Shown: one piece after another, positions 40,819 through 48,018 of the stretch | How positions within the stretch are numbered: position 1 is the stretch's first letter | Layout of the letters: each line of letters opens with the position of its first letter | Source of the DNA: an uncultured Rhodospirillaceae bacterium | Lineage (GTDB): Bacteria > Pseudomonadota > Alphaproteobacteria > UBA2966 | NCBI GenBank assembly: GCA_964401845.1 | Contig: CAYOAD010000003.1 | Span: 1 to 55,525 of the forward strand | DNA: 55,525 nt | Reading direction: 5' to 3' | The notes under the pieces: generated by a model | The model's input: the letters and a program-made list of their open reading frames with translations, nothing else | Databases searched by the model: none | What the model was told of the DNA's origin: nothing | Translations under genes and position numbers: made by a program

Positions 40819-42057
40819 TCAAATCACCTTGCCGCGCCGCAATTCGGCCAGCGCCCCGTCATCCAAATCCAGCAGTTCCGTCAGCACCTCGTCGGTATGT
40901 TGGCCCAGTGTCGGCGGCGGACGGCGGTAGCTGACGGGCGTTGCGCCCATTTTCAGCGGATTGCCGATCAGATCGACGGCGCCGGAACCGGCGCTGGGAT
41001 GGGGCATCGATATCTTCATGTCGCGGACCGCCACCTGTTCGCTGGCGAAGACCTCCGGCACGGTATCGACCGGACCCACCGGGACGCCGCGCTGCTTCAA
41101 CCCTTCCAGAACGTCGGCCTTGCTGAACTTCCTAACTTCGACCTCCAGCAGCGCCACCAATTCGTCGCGGTGCGCCAGCCTGTCGGCATTCCTGACGAAG
41201 CGCGGGTCCGCCGCCAGGTCCGGCACCGCCAGCATGTCGCAGAAGCGTTCGAACTGCCGGTCATTGCCGACGGCGACGATGACGTGGCCGTCGGAGGTTT
41301 CAAAGACCTGATAAGGCACGATGTTGGGGTGCTGGTTGCCGCGTCGCGTGGGCGGCTGACCGGACGTCAGGTAGTTCGTGCCCTCGTTGATCAACCAGGC
41401 GATCTGGCTATCCAGCAGCGATATGTCGATGTACTGGCCCTGGCCGGTGAGGTCGCGGTGGCGCAGCGCCCCGAGAATGGCGACGCCGGCGTACATACCG
41501 CACATCACGTCGGCAATGCCGACGCCGACCTTCATGGGCTCACCCTCGGGATCGCCCGTGATGCTCATCATGCCACCCTGGCCTTGGGCCAGGATGTCGT
41601 AGCCGGCCTGTTCGGCGTGCGGGCCGTATTGGCCGAAACCGGTGATGGAGCAGTAAACCAGATGGGGATGGCTTTCCTTGAGGTCGTCATAGCCGAGGCC
41701 GTAGGCCGCCAGGCCGCCCACCTTGAAGTTCTCGATCAGAATGTCGCACTGCGCCGCCAGCCGGCGCACCAGGTCCGCCCCTTCGGCCTTGGATATATCC
41801 ACGGCGACCGAGCGCTTGTTGCGGTTGGCGCAGAGATAATAGGCGCTTTCCGAGGTATCCGTCCCATCGGCGTCCTTGACGTAAGGCGGGCCCCAGGTGC
41901 GGGTATCGTCGCCTACGCCGGCCCGTTCGACCTTGATGACATCGGCGCCCAGATCGCCCATGAGCTGCGTGCAGGTCGGGCCAGCCAGGATGCGCGTCAA
42001 ATCGAGAACGCGGGCGCCGGAGAGCGCACCAGCGGATAGGTTGGCGGGAGACGTCAT
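40819..42057 (-). CDS. Family III (CaiB/BaiF) CoA-transferase
   Basis: Homologous part starts MTSPANLSAGALSGARVLDLTRILAGPTCTQLMGDLGADVIKVE (ATG 42057..42055). The listed ORF start at 42267 is an R/P-rich extension overlapping the VOC gene. Confidence 0.88.
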   Translation of the reverse strand: MTSPANLSAGALSGARVLDLTRILAGPTCTQLMGDLGADVIKVERAGVGDDTRTWGPPYVKDADGTDTSESAYYLCANRNKRSVAVDISKAEGADLVRRLAAQCDILIENFKVGGLAAYGLGYDDLKESHPHLVYCSITGFGQYGPHAEQAGYDILAQGQGGMMSITGDPEGEPMKVGVGIADVMCGMYAGVAILGALRHRDLTGQGQYIDISLLDSQIAWLINEGTNYLTSGQPPTRRGNQHPNIVPYQVFETSDGHVIVAVGNDRQFERFCDMLAVPDLAADPRFVRNADRLAHRDELVALLEVEVRKFSKADVLEGLKQRGVPVGPVDTVPEVFASEQVAVRDMKISMPHPSAGSGAVDLIGNPLKMGATPVSYRRPPPTLGQHTDEVLTELLDLDDGALAELRRGKVI

Positions 42058-42079
42058 GGGCCTGGACTCTTCTCGCAAG

Positions 42080-42110
42080 AAAAAAGGGACATGTAACGAG
42101 TACATGCCCC
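42080..42110 (-). terminator. Intercistronic hairpin plus T-run (terminator or attenuator) between the VOC gene and the CoA-transferase gene
   Basis: On the minus strand: GGGGCATGTA-CTCGT-TACATGTCCC (10-bp stem, one mismatch) followed by TTTTTT. Only 22 nt remain before the CoA-transferase ATG. Confidence 0.55.
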
Positions 42111-42139
42111 TTAGAACGGTTTCAATGCGTAATGGCCGT

Positions 42140-42676
42140 CTATTCGGCGAATTCCTTCTCGTGGATCCAGGCGCCGACCTTGGGGGCCTGGCCGGTTTCG
42201 TTCCATTCCTTGAGCATATCCTCGGCAATGCTGGTCGTGCGGTCCCAAAGTTCCTTGTCCCCGACATTGCAGGAAAGCTCCAGGCGGTGTCCGTTGGGGT
42301 CGAAGCAATAAATCGACTTGAACAGGGTATGATCGGTTACACCGACGACATCCAGGCCGTGGGATTCCCAGCGTTCCTTGGCCGCCAGCAGGTCATCCAT
42401 GCTTTCGACCTCGAAAGCGATGTGCTGGACCCAGTCGGGGGTGTTTTCATCGCGGCCCATTTTGGGCGAATTGGGCAATTCGAAGAACGCCATGTAGCTG
42501 CCCGGCCCGGCCTCGAAAAAGATGTGCATGTAGGGGTCGGGCTCATGGGTCGACGGCACCTTGTCCTCCGACATCGCCATGGCGAACTTCATCCCCATGA
42601 CCTTGGTGTAGAAATCCACCGTTTCCTGTGAATTGTTGCAACGGTAGGCAACGTGGTGCACCCCTTTGATGGCCAT
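42140..42676 (-). CDS. VOC (glyoxalase / bleomycin resistance / extradiol dioxygenase) superfamily protein
   Basis: MAIKGVHHVAYRCNNSQETVDFY...HIAFEVES...DPNGHRLEL, typical paired beta-alpha-beta-beta-beta metal motifs. 178 aa. Confidence 0.8.
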   Translation of the reverse strand: MAIKGVHHVAYRCNNSQETVDFYTKVMGMKFAMAMSEDKVPSTHEPDPYMHIFFEAGPGSYMAFFELPNSPKMGRDENTPDWVQHIAFEVESMDDLLAAKERWESHGLDVVGVTDHTLFKSIYCFDPNGHRLELSCNVGDKELWDRTTSIAEDMLKEWNETGQAPKVGAWIHEKEFAE

Positions 42677-42804
42677 GATCTGTCGTCCTTCCAGTCAATT
42701 TGATGAACCCGCGGTCCAATGGATCGGGCCCGTGTGCTTCCCGAATTATCGTGCCGCGCACCCTACCCGCGACCGCCTATTGGTTTCAAGTGTACCTTTT
42801 TGAA

Positions 42805-42818
42805 TTGATATAAATCAA
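42805..42818. promoter_or_regulatory. Consensus FNR/CRP-family (FNR/Dnr/FixK-type) box
   Basis: TTGAT-ATAA-ATCAA matches TTGAT-N4-ATCAA perfectly. It sits in an AT-rich island between divergent genes. Confidence 0.75.
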
Positions 42819-42840
42819 AGGCTATTCAGGACTTGAAACC

Positions 42841-42846
42841 TACAAT
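42841..42846 (+). promoter_or_regulatory. -10 hexamer of the predicted class II FNR-dependent promoter
   Basis: TACAAT. With a transcription start near 42853, the FNR box centre (42811.5) falls at -41.5. Confidence 0.6.
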
Positions 42847-42890
42847 ATTCTGGCTTTTGCGGCTTTGGTCAAAGCGCCGCCCGGAACCAC

Positions 42891-44054
42891 GTGGTCGGTA
42901 TGCAGCACATTCTCAAGACATTAAGTAATTCACTTGGCGCCGTTACCAAGTGGGAAGTTTTGAGCGTTTTCGCGCTGCTGCTGTCCGCGCGGGAACACCC
43001 GGCCGACGTATCACGCCTGCGGGCCGAGATGATACTGGCCCGGGTCCACCTGATCGCCGGCGCGTTTTCGGCACTCACGCTGTTGTGGATTGCCGTCGAC
43101 GCCTTCGCCTTCCCGACGGAGGTTTGGCAAACCCTGGCTGTCGGCCGGGCCATGACGGCGGGTGCCCTACTGTTCCTGGCCTATATCTCGAACAAACCGG
43201 GCGAGATGACGGACGCGCGCCTGTGCGCCGCCTTCATGTTCGCCATCCCAACCCTCTTTTACGCCGCCTGCTATCCCTACCTTTCGGATTTCGAAACAAT
43301 GGGCTGGGCCAAGACCGTCTTCACGGGCTATGCCCTGCTGCCCTTCATCGTCATCGCCGGCTTGAGTATTCTGCCGATCTCACTGGCCGAGGCCCTGGCG
43401 TTCGCCGCTCCCCTGCTGCTGGCCAACAGCGCCATCCATATCTTTCTCGTCGACGTCGAGAATATCTACACGTTGACGGGCATTCTGTGGCTGCTGGTTC
43501 TGGCCGCAGCGGTATCGGCCATCGCGGGCGTGAGCCAGCTGCAGCTCATCATCGAGATCGCCCGCCAGGCCGCCGTCGACCCGCTGACGCATGCCATGGT
43601 GCGCCGCATCGGCCAACAGGTGCTGGAGAACCAGTTCAACGTGGCCGACCGGCAAAAGTCCGCGCTGGCCGTCGCGTTCGCCGACATCGATGATTTCAAA
43701 TCGGTCAACGACCGCTTCGGACACGACGAAGGCGACCGCATCCTGCGCCAGGCGGCCGATCATCTGTCGCAGCATCTGAGACGGGCCGACGTGCTGGTGC
43801 GCTGGGGCGGCGAAGAGTTTGTGATCCTATTGCCCGGCACGGACACGGATGGCGCGCGCCAAGTCGCCGCCCGCATCTTCGAGGAGGGCTTGGGCGAGCG
43901 GCCGGAGGGCCGAGCGCTCACCATCAGCATGGGCATCGCCGAAATCCAGGCGGACGAGCCGGAAAGCTGGTCCGATCTCGTGGCCCTGGCGGATGAGCGC
44001 ATGTACCAGGCAAAAAAGAACGGCAAGAACCGTTTCGTCCTCCCCAACGGATAA
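42891..44054 (+). CDS. Membrane-anchored diguanylate cyclase (GGDEF domain, intact I-site)
   Basis: N-terminal multi-TM region. Active site GGEEF, with RRAD (RxxD) 5 residues upstream. Start is GTG at 42891 or ATG at 42900. Confidence 0.85.
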   Translation: MVGMQHILKTLSNSLGAVTKWEVLSVFALLLSAREHPADVSRLRAEMILARVHLIAGAFSALTLLWIAVDAFAFPTEVWQTLAVGRAMTAGALLFLAYISNKPGEMTDARLCAAFMFAIPTLFYAACYPYLSDFETMGWAKTVFTGYALLPFIVIAGLSILPISLAEALAFAAPLLLANSAIHIFLVDVENIYTLTGILWLLVLAAAVSAIAGVSQLQLIIEIARQAAVDPLTHAMVRRIGQQVLENQFNVADRQKSALAVAFADIDDFKSVNDRFGHDEGDRILRQAADHLSQHLRRADVLVRWGGEEFVILLPGTDTDGARQVAARIFEEGLGERPEGRALTISMGIAEIQADEPESWSDLVALADERMYQAKKNGKNRFVLPNG

Positions 44055-44144
44055 CATCCGCGTCATCGCCGGTACGGACATGTCGCTTTCTCATATTGTT
44101 TGTTAGAATGATTCCGGAATTTGTGGCGGGCAATGGGGGTCACA

Positions 44145-45746
44145 ATGTCGGACACGGATCAAGCCGGCGCCGGTGAGGGCGCCTTGCCGGAGTACGGTAT
44201 TTCAGCAGAGATTTCGGACTACAACGTCCGCATCGAATACAACGGCGTCACCGTCGTCGACAGCGACAAGGCCGTGCTTTACCGGGAATCGCGCCTGCCC
44301 GCAGTCTACTACTTCCCCCGCGAGGACGTGCGCATGGACCTCATGCAGCGCACCCGTCACCGCACCCACTGCCCCTTCAAGGGCAACGCCTCCTACTGGT
44401 CACTTGAGGTCGGCGACAACAAGATCGAAGACGCCGTCTGGTCGTACGAAAACCCCCTGCCGGAGGCCAACGCCATCAAGGGGCACCTGGCCTTCTATCT
44501 CTCCAAGATGGGTGTTTCATACAACGAGGACAGCGACTACGAGACCGTCCAGACCGAAATGGACAGCCACGGCAGCGTCTTCGTCGACTGGTTGATGCGG
44601 GAAGGCTGGGACACCCAGTCGCCGTCGGAACTGACCCAGCAATTGGGCGGCGTGCTGGTCGAAAGCGGCATGTCGGTGAGCCGCATGTCGGTTTTCATCC
44701 GCACGCTGCATCCGCTGCTGATCGGCTCGGCCTACGTCTGGCGGCCCGACAAGGAGGACGTGCATTCCTTCGTCCTGACCCACGATACGCTCTCAAGCCC
44801 GCTGTTCCTCGACAGTCCCCTGATCCCGATCTTCAACGGCGCGGGCGGTATTCGCCGCCGGCTGGAAGGCGACAACCCGCTGCTGGATTACGGCATCATC
44901 AAGCAATTGCACGAAGAAGGCATGACCGATTACGCCGCCATGCCGATGACCTTCTCCGACGGCCAGATCAACGCCTTGACGATGTCGACCGACCGCGACG
45001 GCGGCTTCACCACCGCCGAATTGGGCCGGGTGCACGAGATCCTGCCCGTCCTCAGCCGTTTTTACGAAGTCCACGCCGCCCGCAGCATGAGCAACTCGCT
45101 GCTGCAGACCTACCTGGGCCGGCACACCGGTGAAAAGGTGCTCAAGGGATTGATCAAGCGCGGCGATTCCGAGGAACTGAACGCCGTGATCTGGTTTTGC
45201 GACCTGCGCGGGTCGACGCCGCTGGCCGAAAGCATGTCGCGCGAGGAGTTCCTCGCCGTCCTCAATCATTTCTTCGAGTGCATGGTCAAGCCGGTTGTCG
45301 AGTACGGCGGCGAAGTGCTGCGTTTCATCGGCGACGCCGTGCTTGCCGTCTTTCCGCTGCTGGACGGGGACGCGGTTCAGCAACGCGCCTGCGACGACGC
45401 CCTGACGGCGGCCTCCGACGCCGAGGACCGCATGAAGAAGTTCAACGAGGAACGGGCGGCCGAGGGCCTCGATCCCCTGGACTTCGGCATCGGCCTGCAT
45501 GTCGGCCGCCTGACCTACGGCAACATCGGCATCCCCGAGCGCCTGGAATTTACCGTCATCGGCGCCGCCGCCAACGAGGCCGCGCGCATCGAGAGCCTGA
45601 CCAAAGAGGTCGATCCCCGCGTCGTCGTCTCCTCGGCCTTCGCCGAGCGCTGTTCCTCGCCGCTTGTGCCCATCGGCGAGTTTGAGCTGCGCGGCGTCAG
45701 CGAAAAACAGACGATCTACGTGCCCGAGGAGATGCCGGGGTTTTAG
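44145..45746 (+). CDS. DUF427 domain, middle regulatory domain and class III adenylate/guanylate cyclase fusion protein
   Basis: N-terminal DUF427-like region (VVDSDKAVLYRESRLPAVYYFPREDV...HCPFKGNASYWS...AVWSYENP...HLAFY). C-terminal cyclase homology domain (AVIWFCDLRGSTPLAE...LRFIGDAVLAVFP...GIGLHVGRLTYGNIG...TVIGAAANEAARIES). ATG at 44145 follows GGGGG; 44133 or 44121 are possible. Confidence 0.8.
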   Translation: MSDTDQAGAGEGALPEYGISAEISDYNVRIEYNGVTVVDSDKAVLYRESRLPAVYYFPREDVRMDLMQRTRHRTHCPFKGNASYWSLEVGDNKIEDAVWSYENPLPEANAIKGHLAFYLSKMGVSYNEDSDYETVQTEMDSHGSVFVDWLMREGWDTQSPSELTQQLGGVLVESGMSVSRMSVFIRTLHPLLIGSAYVWRPDKEDVHSFVLTHDTLSSPLFLDSPLIPIFNGAGGIRRRLEGDNPLLDYGIIKQLHEEGMTDYAAMPMTFSDGQINALTMSTDRDGGFTTAELGRVHEILPVLSRFYEVHAARSMSNSLLQTYLGRHTGEKVLKGLIKRGDSEELNAVIWFCDLRGSTPLAESMSREEFLAVLNHFFECMVKPVVEYGGEVLRFIGDAVLAVFPLLDGDAVQQRACDDALTAASDAEDRMKKFNEERAAEGLDPLDFGIGLHVGRLTYGNIGIPERLEFTVIGAAANEAARIESLTKEVDPRVVVSSAFAERCSSPLVPIGEFELRGVSEKQTIYVPEEMPGF

Positions 45747-45781
45747 TTGCTTCCGTAGCCTCGGACGAATGCAGCAAAATT

Positions 45782-46873
45782 TCAGCTTTGCTGAATCGCC
45801 TGGCAGATGGCGTCGGTGAAACTGTCCGTCGAGCCGTTACCGCCGAGGTCCGGTGTGGTGCTGCTCCCCGATTTGAGCACTTCGCCCACCACATTCCGGA
45901 TGGTCCCGGCGGCGGCGGCGAGCGGCCGGTCCTGGTGCCGCCGGCCCAGCCAGTCGAGCATCTCGGCGGCGGACAGGATCGTCGCCACCGGATTGGCGAT
46001 GCCACGCCCGGCGATATCGGGCGCGGTGCCGTGGGAGCCCTGGAAGTAGCCGTAGTCGCCGCCAAGTTCGGCCGAGGGCGCGAGGCCCATGCCGCCCACG
46101 GTGGCGGCGCCGAGATCTGAAATGATGTCGCCGATGAAATTTTCGCAGACCAGCACGTCGAGGGTATCGGGCCGCTCCACCATGCGGATGGTAACCGCAT
46201 CCGATAAGGCGTAATCGACCTCGAGCTCGGGAAAGTCCTCCAGAACCTCCTCGGCGACGCGACGGAAGAAGGCGAAGGATCTCAGCACGTTCGATTTGTC
46301 GACGATGGTGACGCGGCGCTTGCTGTCGGCCGGCGCGCCGCCGCGCTGCATGGCCAGTTCCGCCGCCTGACGCACAACCCGCGCCGTGCCCCTGCGGGTG
46401 ATCACCATGGTGTCGCTGGCGATCTCGTCCCTCAAAAGATTGCCGCCCGACCGCGCGGCATAAAGGCCTTCGGTATTCTCCCGCACGATGACGTAGTCGA
46501 TGTCGCCGGGCTTGCGTCCCGCCAGGGGCGAGGCAATGCCCTCGAACAGTTTGATCGGCCGCACGTTGGCATAAAGATCGAGGGCGGCGCGGATCTTCAT
46601 GGAAAAATCCTGGCCGGCCTCGGTGCCGTCCGGATAAAGCACGCCCGGCAAACCCGCCGCGCCATGCAGCACGGCATCGGCGCTGCGACAGGCCGCCATG
46701 GTGGCTTGCGGAAACGCATCGCCGGTCGCCGTGTAGCAGTCCGCCCCGGCGGCATGTTCGCTAAATTCGAGGCGGTCGGCGACGGCGCTGGCCTGCAACA
46801 CCGACACGGCGGCCCGGCAAACCTCGGGCCCGATGCCGTCGCCCGGCACCACGGCTATTTGGTATTTGGCCAT
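45782..46873 (-). CDS. Isocitrate/isopropylmalate dehydrogenase family protein (tartrate / 3-isopropylmalate dehydrogenase-like)
   Basis: IAVVPGDGIGPEV N-terminus, VRENTEGLY, NFIGDIISDLGAATVGGMGLAPSA motifs. Confidence 0.85.
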   Translation of the reverse strand: MAKYQIAVVPGDGIGPEVCRAAVSVLQASAVADRLEFSEHAAGADCYTATGDAFPQATMAACRSADAVLHGAAGLPGVLYPDGTEAGQDFSMKIRAALDLYANVRPIKLFEGIASPLAGRKPGDIDYVIVRENTEGLYAARSGGNLLRDEIASDTMVITRRGTARVVRQAAELAMQRGGAPADSKRRVTIVDKSNVLRSFAFFRRVAEEVLEDFPELEVDYALSDAVTIRMVERPDTLDVLVCENFIGDIISDLGAATVGGMGLAPSAELGGDYGYFQGSHGTAPDIAGRGIANPVATILSAAEMLDWLGRRHQDRPLAAAAGTIRNVVGEVLKSGSSTTPDLGGNGSTDSFTDAICQAIQQS

Positions 46874-46877
46874 TTGG

Positions 46878-47894
46878 CTAATCCGTGTAGGTCACCCGGC
46901 CCTCGATGGGATAGGCCGGATCGTTGTAGCCGGGCGTCGAGGGATGGCCGACGGTGACCAGGCTGTTCAGCAGGTCCTCGTCCTCGGCCGTAAACTCGTA
47001 ATCCAGCGCGGCCACGTAGTCGTCCCACTGCTCTTCCGTGCGCGGGCCGCCAATGACGGCGGTCACCAGGGCGTTGTTCAGAACCCAGTTGACGGCGTAG
47101 TGCGTCAATTTCACCCCCTTGTCGCCGCAATAAGACTTGAGGTCCTGGGTGATAATCAGCGATTCCTCGCGCCATTCGGTCTGCATCAGACGCATGTCGT
47201 TGCGCCCGGCCCGGGTGCCCTCGGTCGGCTTGCTGAGTTCCTCCGGCTTGTACTTGCCGGTCAGCACGCCGCGCGCCAGGGGGCTGTAGGGCACCACGCC
47301 CATGCCGTAGTGATCGCAGGCCGGCAGGTGTTCGACCTCGGGCATGCGGTTCATGGCGTTGTAATAGGGCTGGCTGACGACGGGTTTGTCGACACCGAGG
47401 TCGGCGCAGACGTTGACGATCTCGGCCACCCGCCAGGCGCGGAAATTGGAGACGCCGAAATGGCGTACCTTGCCCGCCCGGATCAGGTCGCCCAGGGCGG
47501 AGACGGTCTCCTCCAAGGGCGTCTCCAGATCCTCCTTATGGAGGTAATAGACGTCGATGTAATCGGTACCGAGGCGCGCCAAACTTTCGTCGCAGGCCTG
47601 CATCACCCACTTGCGGCCCGCTCCTCCCCGGTTGGCGCCCTCGCCGATCTGGTTGCCGCACTTGGTCGCCAATACCCAGTCGTGGCGGTTTGCGGCAATG
47701 GCGCGGCCGGTGATTTCCTCGGAGGCGCCACCGGTGTAAACATCGGCGGTGTCGATGAAATTGACGCCCTGGTCATACGCCGACCCGACAATGCGCGCCG
47801 CCGTAGCCTCGTCGGTCGGGCCGCCGAACATCATGGTGCCGAGGCACAGGGGTGAGACGCGAAGGCCGCTCTGGCCGAGGGTGCGGTATTCCAT
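46878..47894 (-). CDS. Aldo/keto reductase family oxidoreductase
   Basis: MEYRTLGQSGLRVSPLCLGTMMFGG is a typical AKR11/12-like N-terminus. ATG at 47894; the listed start is 47948. Confidence 0.88.
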   Translation of the reverse strand: MEYRTLGQSGLRVSPLCLGTMMFGGPTDEATAARIVGSAYDQGVNFIDTADVYTGGASEEITGRAIAANRHDWVLATKCGNQIGEGANRGGAGRKWVMQACDESLARLGTDYIDVYYLHKEDLETPLEETVSALGDLIRAGKVRHFGVSNFRAWRVAEIVNVCADLGVDKPVVSQPYYNAMNRMPEVEHLPACDHYGMGVVPYSPLARGVLTGKYKPEELSKPTEGTRAGRNDMRLMQTEWREESLIITQDLKSYCGDKGVKLTHYAVNWVLNNALVTAVIGGPRTEEQWDDYVAALDYEFTAEDEDLLNSLVTVGHPSTPGYNDPAYPIEGRVTYTD

Positions 47895-47993
47895 GAAAGC
47901 CTCTTTCCACTCGATTGAGACCAAAAGCCTAGAGACTTTTCCGCGCATTGAAAACCTGAGGCCAACGACCGTTAATCTTTATTAAGTGCCTGA

Positions 47994-48017
47994 CACCAAT
48001 TAATTCACCAATTAATT
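47994..48017. repeat. Tandem direct repeat, 2 x 12 bp (CACCAATTAATT), within an AT-rich island
   Basis: CACCAATTAATTCACCAATTAATT read directly. The second copy forms the 10-bp palindrome CAATTAATTG with the next base. Confidence 0.8.
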
Positions 48018-48018
48018 G

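Noticed and set aside
40801-42039. 412-aa plus-strand ORF opposite the CoA-transferase gene
   Set aside because: An antisense artefact. The minus-strand frame has the canonical family III CoA-transferase N-terminus and full length.
47972-47985. TTAAT-CTTT-ATTAA considered as a second FNR/Dnr box next to the nir genes
   Set aside because: The G of TTGAT and the C of ATCAA, which are the key contacts for FNR-type proteins, are both missing. It is reported only as part of the AT-rich repeat island.
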